Part shown: positions 1 to 7,416 of the stretch, piece after piece | How positions within the stretch are numbered: position 1 is the first letter of the stretch | How the letters are laid out: each line of letters begins with the position of its first letter | From: an uncultured Thermoleophilia bacterium | GTDB lineage: Bacteria; Actinomycetota; Thermoleophilia; Gaiellales; Gaiellaceae | DNA length: 64,000 bases | Direction: 5' to 3' | NCBI GenBank assembly: GCA_963711785.1 | Contig: CAVQFF010000008.1 | Span: forward strand, 158,672-222,671 | The notes under the pieces: model-generated | Database searches by the model: none | What the model was told of the DNA's origin: nothing | What the model saw: the letters and a program-made list of their open reading frames with translations, nothing else | Position numbers and translations under genes: made by a program

Positions 1-517
1 GAGACTTCGCGGTCGAGCCGGGAAGGGATTTCTGCGAGCCGACATGCCACACGAGACCGGTGACCGCAGTGGCTTTCCCGGTGTCGTCGAACGCCGTTGC
101 CGTGTAGCAGCCCTTGCCGGACGCTTTCACGTCGAGCGTCGGCGGCCCGCCCGTCGGCCCGAAGGTGGCGTAGTACCAGAGGACGTGATCGCCGTCCTGC
201 AACACCACCTGGTCCGCGCCGACCGGCGGCGAGACGTTGTTCACCTTGAACACCCAGCCACTATCTGCGGTGCCGCCGTAGAGGCCGACCTGGTCGACGT
301 AGTTGCCGAAGCTCGACTGCGTGATGTGGTAGTAGAACTCGCCGGCGAGCGACGCCTGCTGGAGAGCCTCGAGCGCGTTCCCTGCGGTGACGGTGGCTTC
401 CTGCGGGGCGAACAACGTCTTGGTCTTGCCTTCGATGCGAACGTGGACGGACGCCGCGAGAGCGGTCGCCGGCAGGACGAGCAAGAGAGCGACGAGCACG
501 AGTAGCCGTTTGGCCAC
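1..517 (-). CDS. DUF4430-like secreted protein (transcobalamin-like fold); its 3' end runs off the left window edge
   Basis: Absent from the ORF track because it has no stop in the window. Manual minus-strand translation starts at GTG 517..515, with GGAGGA at 526..521. It reads VAKRLLVLVALLLVLPATALAASVHVRIEGKTKTLF...GNYVDQVGLYGGTADSGWVFKVNNVSPPVGADQVVLQDGDHVLWYYATF. This gives a signal peptide plus the DUF4430-type GW-x-F/Y-x-VN and DGD-x-V-x-W pattern. GC3 is very high. The gene lies directly downstream of a cobalamin riboswitch. Confidence 0.75.
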   Translation of the reverse strand, partial: MAKRLLVLVALLLVLPATALAASVHVRIEGKTKTLFAPQEATVTAGNALEALQQASLAGEFYYHITQSSFGNYVDQVGLYGGTADSGWVFKVNNVSPPVGADQVVLQDGDHVLWYYATFGPTGGPPTLDVKASGKGCYTATAFDDTGKATAVTGLVWHVGSQKSLPGSTAKS

Positions 518-529
518 GATTCCTCCTTC

Positions 530-712
530 CGCGAGGGGATCGGTATGGAGGGCGACCGGCAGGTCTTCTGACTCGAGGCTCCCCCTCCGCCGCCTTCCCA
601 AGCTCGCGCTCAGTGGCCTTGTGGCGGAGGGCAACTCCCCTTACAGCGGCGGGACCGTCCCGGACTTGCACCGGGTTCCCTCACCGTTCGCCCGTTTCGC
701 CGCGAATATAGC
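530..712 (-). promoter_or_regulatory. Cobalamin riboswitch in the 5' leader of the DUF4430 gene
   Basis: The minus-strand sequence contains GGTGAGGGAACCCGGTGCAAGTCCGGGACGGTCCCGCCGCTGTAAGGGGAG, then AAGGCCACTG, TGGGAAGGCG and the B12 box GAGTCAGAAGACCTGCCGG (+ coords 556..573). A CCCTCC at 552..547 can pair with the GGAAGGAGGA SD at 530..521, which would sequester the RBS. Boundaries are approximate. Confidence 0.85.
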
Positions 713-752
713 CGTCACGGCCTCCGGCAGGCGCTCTATCTAAGCTACGGCC

Positions 753-974
753 ATGGAGCACGGGGAGGTCACCGACCGCCAGCTCGAGGCGCTGCTCGGA
801 CGGCTCGACCGGGTCATCGAGGAGCTTGCACGGCTGAACGCCCGCGAGGAGCGGCGCGAAGAGCTGACGGTGATCGCGCACGAGCTCCGCAACCTGAACG
901 ACTCGCTCCAGGCGATCACGTATGCGGCGTTGGGCACGCAGGGCCCGCAGGTGCGCCGTCGCCGCGCGGGCTAG
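753..974 (+). CDS. Hypothetical small coiled-coil protein (73 aa)
   Basis: ATG-started ORF with very high GC3 and a charged helical sequence (QLEALLGRLDRVIEELARLNAREERREEL). Its TAG stop shares the palindrome CTAG with the stop of the convergent gene. I recognise no family. Confidence 0.55.
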   Translation: MEHGEVTDRQLEALLGRLDRVIEELARLNAREERREELTVIAHELRNLNDSLQAITYAALGTQGPQVRRRRAG

Positions 975-2032
975 CCGGTGAGACGGAAGACGTCGCCGGA
1001 ATTGACCGACGTGAGATAGAGCTCGCCCGCCGTGTCCTCGCCGAAGGCGGAGAGGCCCGGCACGTTGAACGGCTCGCGGCGAACGGATGTCGCTTTTCCG
1101 TTCACGACCCGCAGGCTCCAGACCGTTCCCGAGCAGTAGTCGCCGTAGAAGTACCGCCCGACCGCCGCCGGGACTTGGCTGCCCCGGTAGACGAAGCCGC
1201 CGGAGACGGAGCAACCGGCCGAGTGCGGGTACTCGACGATCGGCGGGACGTATCGCCCGGCGGTGAGCAAGCGTGTGGCGGCGTTGTAGACGTGCCTGCC
1301 CTCGAAGTGGTTCCACCCGAAGTTCGCCAACCCGGTGAATCCGTGGCGGAGGTAGTCGATCTCCTCGTACCGTTCCTGACCGACGTCTCCGATGTAGAGA
1401 TCACCGTTCGCCCGGTCGAACGAGAAGCGCCATGGGTTGCGCAGGCCGTACGCGACCAGTTGCCAGCGGGCGTTGGCCAGGTTCACGTTCAGCCGCATGA
1501 TCTTGGCGAACGGCCGGTTCAGATTCTGGCCGTTCCTGTTCGGATCACCCCCGCCGCCCCCATCGCCGTTGCCCCAGTAGAGGCGCCCGTCGGGGCCGAA
1601 CTGGAGCTGACCGCCGTTGTGGTTCGGCGCGAAGTCCTTCACGAAGAGCAGTTGCTTGGCCGTGTGCGGGTTGCCGGTGGTGCCGTCGGAGAGATAGCGA
1701 ACGACCCTCGTGTCGCCGTTCAGGTCGGTGTAGTCGACGTAGAAGCGGTGGTTCGTCGCGTAGTTCGGGTCGAAGGCCATCGAGAGCAGCCCCTGCTCGC
1801 CGCCGCTCTTCACGATCGAGCGAATGTCGAGAAACGGGGCCGCGGAGCCGGTCACCATGATGCGCCCTGCCTGCTCGACCACATACAGATCGCCCGGCCG
1901 GCTCGGGGTCGAGGTCACGTAGACAGGTGCGTCGAAGTGGCCAACCGTGGCGAGACCGAGGGCCGTGCTCCGCGCCGAGGCGCCCGGCACGCACAGGCAG
2001 CCAAGGACGGCCGCGACAGCGAGCCACCTCAA
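971..2032 (-). CDS. PQQ-dependent sugar dehydrogenase (soluble glucose/sorbosone dehydrogenase family), secreted
   Basis: This is the C-terminal 353 aa of track ORF 971..3049: signal peptide LRWLAVAAVLGCLCVPGASA, then GLLSMAFDPNYATNHRFYV, HNGGQLQFGPDGRLYWGNGDGGGGGDP and GLRNPWRFSFD. The chosen start is TTG 2032..2030, which overlaps the upstream stop (TTGA). Confidence 0.85.
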   Translation of the reverse strand: MRWLAVAAVLGCLCVPGASARSTALGLATVGHFDAPVYVTSTPSRPGDLYVVEQAGRIMVTGSAAPFLDIRSIVKSGGEQGLLSMAFDPNYATNHRFYVDYTDLNGDTRVVRYLSDGTTGNPHTAKQLLFVKDFAPNHNGGQLQFGPDGRLYWGNGDGGGGGDPNRNGQNLNRPFAKIMRLNVNLANARWQLVAYGLRNPWRFSFDRANGDLYIGDVGQERYEEIDYLRHGFTGLANFGWNHFEGRHVYNAATRLLTAGRYVPPIVEYPHSAGCSVSGGFVYRGSQVPAAVGRYFYGDYCSGTVWSLRVVNGKATSVRREPFNVPGLSAFGEDTAGELYLTSVNSGDVFRLTG

Positions 2033-3600
2033 TGCGCGGCCAGATCCTGCGTCTTGACCCAGGGGCCGGGCGGAATGAGCAGCGACTCGGCCTGCAGGTA
2101 GGCGAGGCCGGCGAGCGGAAGGTCGCTCCACCGTTCGAAGCAGAAGTAGCGGCGCCGCCAGTGGGGGAAGAACTTGCGGTTGAAGCTGTGCAGGCGCTCC
2201 ACCTGGAAGAGGCGGTCCGCCTTCAACAGGCCCCAGCGGGCCGCGCGCGTGACCCAGCCTGCGTCCTCGTCTGCCCGCAGGAAGTCGGCGAAGACCGCGA
2301 AGTTCAGCGAGACCTCGGTGACGTTGTGGTCGCGCGCCCAGCCGACCGCCTCGGTGATCAGGTACTCCATCAGACCGTTCGGAGTGTCCTTGCGGCGTCG
2401 CATCGAGGAGAGCGAGTAGCCCTCGCTGGCGGGCGACGGCACGAGTTGCAGGAACCCGCCGACCCTCCCGTCCGGGCTGACGGCGACGGCCAGGACGGTG
2501 TCCGGGTACCGGAAGACTGCGTCCATCGCCATCGTGAACCCCCGCTCTGGCCACGTGCCGCGCCACTCCTCGGAGACCGCACGCAACTCGGCGCGAAGAG
2601 CGTCGTCCGCATCGGCGGTCGAGAGAATGCGCACGTCGTAGCCGCTCTTCTCCAGCCGCGACACCGACTGGCGCACCTTGCGAATCGCCCGCCCGTCGAG
2701 AGAAAACTCGGCGGGCCTGATCACTGCTTCGTCGCCGAGGTACATCGACTTGAACCCGATCGCCGTGTAGTCCTCCAGCGCCTCGTTCGACGCGCCTGCG
2801 ATCGCGACCCGCCAGCCCCTCGTGTGGGCCACCCGGACGAACTCGCTCATCAGCTCGCCGCGCTCGTGCTCCTCGCCGATCGGGTCGCCGGCGACGAGCG
2901 CGGTGCTGCCGATCACCCGGTAGGCGAGAAACGACTTGCCGCTCGGTGCGAAGAAGTAGCTCTTGTCGCGGCGCAGCGCAAAGTAAGCGAGGCTGTCCGT
3001 GCCGTGCTCCTGGACGAGCTCGGTCGCCCGCTCTCGGTCCTCCGCACACGGCGGGACGACCGGAAGCGGTCGCAGCCAGAGCCAGAGCGCACGGAAGCCG
3101 AGCCCCGCGACGAGCAAGAGGCCCGCCTCTTCGATACGAGCCGAGACGTCGTCGGTCTCGTAGATCACGACGACGAAGAGCACCGCGGCGAGCACCAGTG
3201 CAGCGGCCACCTGCACGAGCGGGAGCACCGTCGCCGGGTCGCCCGGCGCGACGAAGTGGCGGCGCGAGCGGATCAGTGCAACCAGCAACAAGAGATGAAC
3301 GGTCGCCTCCTCGAAGTCGAGCCCCTTCGCGAGATGCGCGAGCGCGGAGGCGATCACGATCGCGACCGCGAGGTACCAGGCGCGACGCTTGCGCCGGGCG
3401 AGCCCGCGGGAGAAGAAGATCATCCCCAGCCCGAGCGCCAACGCGATCGTCCGGGCGGCGTCCGGAACGCCCGGGGGCAGCACTCCGCCGATCAGGCGCA
3501 CACGGTCGGCCGCTTCCGGAGTGAAGGCGGAGATGATCGACAGGAGGCCCGCGAACGCTGCAAACCAGGCCAGCAACACAGGTGTCGCCGGGCGACGCAC
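2029..3600 (-). CDS. Phosphatidylglycerol lysyltransferase-like protein (MprF/LysX C-terminal DUF2156 domain with N-terminal TM segments)
   Basis: 523-aa ORF. The N-terminal half is hydrophobic. The C-terminal half carries DSLAYFALRRDKSYFF, FLAYRVIGSTALVAGDPIG and RKVRQSVSRLEKSGY, typical of the aminoacyl-PG synthase domain. Confidence 0.8.
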   Translation of the reverse strand: MRRPATPVLLAWFAAFAGLLSIISAFTPEAADRVRLIGGVLPPGVPDAARTIALALGLGMIFFSRGLARRKRRAWYLAVAIVIASALAHLAKGLDFEEATVHLLLLVALIRSRRHFVAPGDPATVLPLVQVAAALVLAAVLFVVVIYETDDVSARIEEAGLLLVAGLGFRALWLWLRPLPVVPPCAEDRERATELVQEHGTDSLAYFALRRDKSYFFAPSGKSFLAYRVIGSTALVAGDPIGEEHERGELMSEFVRVAHTRGWRVAIAGASNEALEDYTAIGFKSMYLGDEAVIRPAEFSLDGRAIRKVRQSVSRLEKSGYDVRILSTADADDALRAELRAVSEEWRGTWPERGFTMAMDAVFRYPDTVLAVAVSPDGRVGGFLQLVPSPASEGYSLSSMRRRKDTPNGLMEYLITEAVGWARDHNVTEVSLNFAVFADFLRADEDAGWVTRAARWGLLKADRLFQVERLHSFNRKFFPHWRRRYFCFERWSDLPLAGLAYLQAESLLIPPGPWVKTQDLAAH

Positions 3601-3642
3601 ACCTGGAGGGTAGCGTGCCCCGCGGTCGCTTCCGGGCAGGCC

Positions 3643-4305
3643 TCAGTCGTGCAGGAGGACGCGCCGGAGCTCGTCTTCCTTGCCCGGCTCGAGGATCGCG
3701 AGCACCTGGTCGCCCGCCTCCAGCTGGGTCTCCTCGTCCGGGACCTCGGCCTTGCCGTTCCGGACGACGGAGATCAAGCGCGCCCCCTCGGGGAGCCGCA
3801 GTGCGCGCACCCGCTTGCCCTGGCAGTTCGCGCCCTTGTCGACCGTCACCTCGACGATCTCGAGATTCTCCTTGCGCAGCTCGAGCAGCTGGATCAAACC
3901 GTGCTCCGGCACCTCGTGCTCGATCAGGCCCATGATCGCCCCGGTGGCGCTCACGGTGGGCGAGATCCCGAGCAGGTCGAAGTACGCCTGGTTGCGCGGA
4001 TCGTTGATGCGGGCGATCACATTGCCCACCCCGTAGCGCTCACGCGCAAGCTGGCAGATGACGATGTTGTCCTCGTCGTCTCCGGTCGCCGCCACGACGA
4101 GGTCGGGTGGCCGCTTGATGCCGGCGCGCTCGAGCACGAAGAGCTCGGTCGCATCGCCTCGAATCACCTGGTGCTCGAACTCGGCCTCCAGCTTGTCGAA
4201 TCGGTACGGCCGCTGTTCGACCAGCGTCACCTCGTGCCCGGCCCGCAGCAGCGAGCGCGTGAGGTTGGCACCGACCTTGCCACCGCCTGCGATCAGGACG
4301 TACAT
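3643..4305 (-). CDS. trkA: TrkA-family K+ transport regulatory protein (RCK_N plus RCK_C)
   Basis: MYVLIAGGGKVGANLTRSLLRAGHEVTLVEQ is a Rossmann GxGxxG motif. The C-terminal TrkA-C region includes LRLPEGARLISVVRNGKAEVPDEETQLEAGDQVLAI. It has a 1-nt stop/start overlap (TGATG) with the upstream trkA-N gene. Confidence 0.85.
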   Translation of the reverse strand: MYVLIAGGGKVGANLTRSLLRAGHEVTLVEQRPYRFDKLEAEFEHQVIRGDATELFVLERAGIKRPPDLVVAATGDDEDNIVICQLARERYGVGNVIARINDPRNQAYFDLLGISPTVSATGAIMGLIEHEVPEHGLIQLLELRKENLEIVEVTVDKGANCQGKRVRALRLPEGARLISVVRNGKAEVPDEETQLEAGDQVLAILEPGKEDELRRVLLHD

Positions 4306-4790
4306 CAGACGGTTGCCTCCTCGGCCTTGCGCACGGCGCTGACCAGCGTCTCGATTGCTGCGGACGTCGGGCAGACGATCCGCAGTCCGCGAGTGGCGTA
4401 GAACTGCGCGCGGGCCGGATCGAGGACGCGCACGATCACCGTGGGCACCTCGAACTGCTTCTGCGCGGCCTGTGCGATGACCAGATTCGTGTTGTCGCCG
4501 TCAGTCGTGACCACGACCGCGTCTGCTTCTTCGATCCCAGCCTCCCGCAAGACCTGGAAGTCCATCCCGTGCCCGACGAGGAACCCGCCGGTCCATTGCT
4601 CGCCCAGGCGCCCGAGCGCGTCTTCGTTCTCGTCGCAGACGGTGACGTCCCAGTTCGATGCCTGGAGCTGCTGCGCCACCGCCGAGCCGACGCGCCCACA
4701 TCCGATCACGATCGCCTTCATCGACTGCGCAGCGTACTCTGCGCGACCAGGTACCTGACGCCGCGTGGGAGGCTCTGACGGCTCGCTCAT
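4305..4790 (-). CDS. TrkA-N (RCK_N only) domain protein
   Basis: MKAIVIGCGRVGSAVAQQLQASNWDVTVCDEN is a Rossmann motif and no RCK_C domain follows. The start could be ATG 4790 or the internal ATG 4721 (MKAIVIG). Confidence 0.8.
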   Translation of the reverse strand: MSEPSEPPTRRQVPGRAEYAAQSMKAIVIGCGRVGSAVAQQLQASNWDVTVCDENEDALGRLGEQWTGGFLVGHGMDFQVLREAGIEEADAVVVTTDGDNTNLVIAQAAQKQFEVPTVIVRVLDPARAQFYATRGLRIVCPTSAAIETLVSAVRKAEEATV

Positions 4791-4843
4791 TGCTTTTCCG
4801 GGTCAGCGATGGGAGGATCTCGCTCCCGGCGGAGGAGGAGAGC

Positions 4844-5200
4844 ATGATCGATCATGTCGCGATTCCCGTGCGTGACCTTGCTGCGAGCCGAACGTTCTAC
4901 GAGCCGGTGCTCGAGGGACTCGGCGCCAAAGTCCTGACCGAGTGGCCGGGCGGCGTCCTCTTCGGTACCGATGAGGGAATGGTGGCTCTCCGCGAAAGCG
5001 ACCGGGTCGAGCCGCTCCACATCGCGTTCAAGGCCGATCGCCCAGGTGTCGACTTGTTCCACGAGACAGCACTTGCCGCTGGGGGCTCCGACAACGGCCC
5101 GCCGGGCATTCGCGCGGAGTACCACGAGAACTACTACTCCGCCTTCGTGATCGACCCGAACGGGCACAACGTCGAGGCGGTCTGTCACCGACCCGTGTGA
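4844..5200 (+). CDS. VOC/glyoxalase-family protein (118 aa)
   Basis: This is the tail of track ORF 4658..5200. ATG 4844 is preceded by GGAGGAGGAG. MIDHVAIPVRDLAASRTFYEPVLEGLG and YYSAFVIDPNGHNVEAVCH are glyoxalase/bleomycin-resistance fold motifs. Confidence 0.85.
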   Translation: MIDHVAIPVRDLAASRTFYEPVLEGLGAKVLTEWPGGVLFGTDEGMVALRESDRVEPLHIAFKADRPGVDLFHETALAAGGSDNGPPGIRAEYHENYYSAFVIDPNGHNVEAVCHRPV

Positions 5201-5214
5201 GGCCCTGCGGCCAA

Positions 5215-5339
5215 CCGAACTGTGGCCGAACCAGATTCGCTCTCTGAATCTGATTCGCGAGTTTCTCGGGAGGCAGCCGGCAACTCGAAACTCGTGAACC
5301 TGGTTCGGCTACGCCGAATCAGGTTCAGTGGTTGTGGCC
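5215..5339 (+). repeat. Copy A of a 125-nt three-hairpin intergenic repeat (built from core motif CCGAATCAGRTTC)
   Basis: By manual count 110 of 125 positions are identical, without gaps, to the reverse complement of 27808..27932. It contains three stem-loops: CGAACCAGATTCGC/loop/GAATCTGATTCG, CGAGTTTC/20-nt loop with GGGAGG/GAAACTCG, and GAACCTGGTTCGGC/tac/GCCGAATCAGGTTC. It sits between two convergent stop codons and is visibly lower in G+C than its flanks. Confidence 0.85.
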
Positions 5340-5352
5340 GGCGGCGCCGGCG

Positions 5353-7245
5353 TCAAGTGGCTGCGAGCTCCTCGTCCATCACGGTCTGGGGGAAGGCGAC
5401 GATCAGCACCTCGCACGGCGCCTTGCGCAGAACGTAGTCCACGGTCGGTGAGAAGAAGCGTGACTGGCGCCGCCAGCGGGGCGCCGACCCGAGCACGATC
5501 AGGTCGGCGTCGAGCTCGTGCGCGCACTCGACGATCGCAGCGCCGATCGCCCGCGCCCGAACCGTCGTCCCGTCGACGGTCACGGAGTGCTCCGACCCGA
5601 GGAGCCTCGCCTCCACGAGCGACTCCTCGGCCCGTGCATCCTCGTTTTCGAGCGGCGCGTCCAGGGGCAGGTCAAGCGGGACACGGATCACGTGCAGCGC
5701 GTGCACCTGTGCATCCGGATCGCTGGCCAGCTTGATCGCCGTCGCCAGCATCTCCTCCCCGATGATGCCGAGCTTCATCGGCACGAGGATCGACTTGAAC
5801 TGGAGCGTCGCGCCCGCAGGCCGCTCGTCGGGCGCGATCACCTTCTCCATCAGGCCTTCTCCGTGAGCGTGACGGACGGCGACGAACACGACGAGGCCGA
5901 TCGCGAGCCAGACCGGCCCCGCGTAGCGGGCGGCGGGATGGGTCGCCAGCGCGATCACGAAGATCGTGCCCGTCCCGATCGCGCCGACAACTGCAGGCAC
6001 GGGAATCGCCGAGCCGCGAATGCGCACGTTGAGCGGCACGCGGTAGGGGCGCACCAGGTCGGGCTCGCTGATGCGCAGCTTGATCACCGCGAGCTGGGCC
6101 GCGGTGAACGCGATCAGAACACCGAACGAGAACAGGCTCGCCAGGTACGCGACATCATGGTGCAAGAAGGAAGTTGCGATGACGATCCCCGACGAGATGA
6201 CCGCCGCAGCAACGATCGCCTGCGGCGAGACGTGTGCACGGCGGCTGAGCCGCCCGAAGCTGCGCGGCAGCTGGCCGTGCTCTCCGAGCGAGTAGGCGAG
6301 CCGCGCCGAGCCGGAGATCGACGTCGTCACCGCGACCAGGAGGATGAGGGCACCGGTGATCCCGACGTAGAACTCGAGCACCCCTCCGAGGCCGTGTGAG
6401 AGCTGGTCGCCGATGCTGTGAGCGACGCCAAGCAGCGGCGCTCGGATCCACCGGCCCCCGAGCTCCGTCTGCGGGCCGGGAAACGCCGAGAGCGCGACGA
6501 CGGCGATCGCGACGTACATCGTCACCACCGTCGCAATGCCGCCGAACACGGAGCGCGGCAGGTCGACGCCGGGACGCCGCGCCTCCGCCGCGAGGTTGGC
6601 CACGGTCTCGAGGCCGGTGAAGGCGAGCATCGCGAGCGGTAGGGCGAAGGCGAGCGAGTGCCAGGTGGGATGCGTGCCGAGCGACGTGCCGTGCATCAGG
6701 GCGTGCGGGGAGAAGACGAGCGCGAAGCCGAGAATGACGAGCAGCAACTGGGTCAGCAGATCGAGGGCCGGCACGACGATGCCGACGCCGTAGAGTGACG
6801 GACGCCGGACGAGCCGCAACAGTGCCACGGCAGCGATCACGGCAACCGCGACGACGACATCCCACGGGTTGCGATCGAGCGCGGAGACGCCGAGCGCGCC
6901 CGAAAGGTAGTGCGGCAGGAAGAGCGCCGAGAGCGCGATCACGATCAGGTAGTCGAGGAAGAGCGCCCAGCCGGTGAGGAACCCTGCGAGGTCGTTCGAG
7001 GCCCGGCGGACGAAGGTCGCCGCACCGCCCGTCTCGGGCAGAGCCGCAGTGCCTTCCGCGTAGGAGAGCGACACGATCAGGAAGAGCAGGCCGACACCGA
7101 GCAGGACGAGCGGCGTGAAGCCGAGCGCATGGGCGGCGACGATCCCGAGTGCGAAGTAGATCGACGAGGCGATCTCGCCGTACGCGACGGAGAACAGTGC
7201 GCGCGCGTCCAGTTCGCGGCGCAGGCCCGGCAGCTTGCGGGCCAC
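5353..7245 (-). CDS. APC-superfamily permease fused to a C-terminal universal stress protein (USP) domain
   Basis: 630 aa. The N-terminus ALFSVAYGEIASSIYFALGIVAAHALGFTP and about 12 TM segments resemble amino-acid/polyamine/organocation permeases. The C-terminal about 140 aa (FKSILVPMKLG...LIVLGSAPRWRRQSRFFSPTVDYVLRKAPCEVLIV) is USP-like. The start is GTG 7245, with GGAGAAGGAG upstream. Confidence 0.85.
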   Translation of the reverse strand: MARKLPGLRRELDARALFSVAYGEIASSIYFALGIVAAHALGFTPLVLLGVGLLFLIVSLSYAEGTAALPETGGAATFVRRASNDLAGFLTGWALFLDYLIVIALSALFLPHYLSGALGVSALDRNPWDVVVAVAVIAAVALLRLVRRPSLYGVGIVVPALDLLTQLLLVILGFALVFSPHALMHGTSLGTHPTWHSLAFALPLAMLAFTGLETVANLAAEARRPGVDLPRSVFGGIATVVTMYVAIAVVALSAFPGPQTELGGRWIRAPLLGVAHSIGDQLSHGLGGVLEFYVGITGALILLVAVTTSISGSARLAYSLGEHGQLPRSFGRLSRRAHVSPQAIVAAAVISSGIVIATSFLHHDVAYLASLFSFGVLIAFTAAQLAVIKLRISEPDLVRPYRVPLNVRIRGSAIPVPAVVGAIGTGTIFVIALATHPAARYAGPVWLAIGLVVFVAVRHAHGEGLMEKVIAPDERPAGATLQFKSILVPMKLGIIGEEMLATAIKLASDPDAQVHALHVIRVPLDLPLDAPLENEDARAEESLVEARLLGSEHSVTVDGTTVRARAIGAAIVECAHELDADLIVLGSAPRWRRQSRFFSPTVDYVLRKAPCEVLIVAFPQTVMDEELAAT

Positions 7246-7416
7246 CTAGCTCCTTCTCCTCAGCATGATCAGGCGGCCCGCTCCGGCGGCGACGAAGAGC
7301 ACACCGAGAACGAGCCCGACACCGAACCCGTGGATGAGCGTGAGCACGACCATCGCCAGCCCGAGCAGGATCATCGCGAGCGCGAAGAAGGTCACGAGGC
7401 CGTGATACGTGCTCAC
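7246..7416 (-). CDS. Candidate 56-aa hydrophobic micro-protein between the two APC-USP genes
   Basis: Not in the track. GTG 7416..7414 overlaps the upstream stop (GTGA). It translates to VSTYHGLVTFFALAMILLGLAMVVLTLIHGFGVGLVLGVLFVAAGAGRLIMLRRRS, predicting two TM helices. GC3 is very high. Its TAG stop abuts the next gene's start codon. Confidence 0.4.
   Translation of the reverse strand: MSTYHGLVTFFALAMILLGLAMVVLTLIHGFGVGLVLGVLFVAAGAGRLIMLRRRS

Noticed and set aside
261-1316. Track ORFs 261..671, 387..743 and 681..1316
   Set aside because: They overlap the cobalamin riboswitch, the DUF4430 gene and the sugar dehydrogenase in wrong frames or on the wrong strand, and have Arg/Pro-rich composition.
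1927-4401. 824-aa + strand ORF spanning the MprF-like and TrkA genes
   Set aside because: Its composition is Arg/Pro/Ala/Gly-rich, typical of an antisense shadow ORF in high-G+C DNA. It lies opposite genes with clear family signatures and shows no recognisable motifs.
5222-5437. Possibility that the dispersed repeat encodes a conserved peptide (NLVRLRRIRFSG appears in ORFs at all three copies)
   Set aside because: The peptide similarity simply reflects nucleotide identity of the repeat. The ORFs have different lengths, starts and contexts. The hairpin symmetry and the compensatory change point to an RNA or DNA structure, not a coding sequence.
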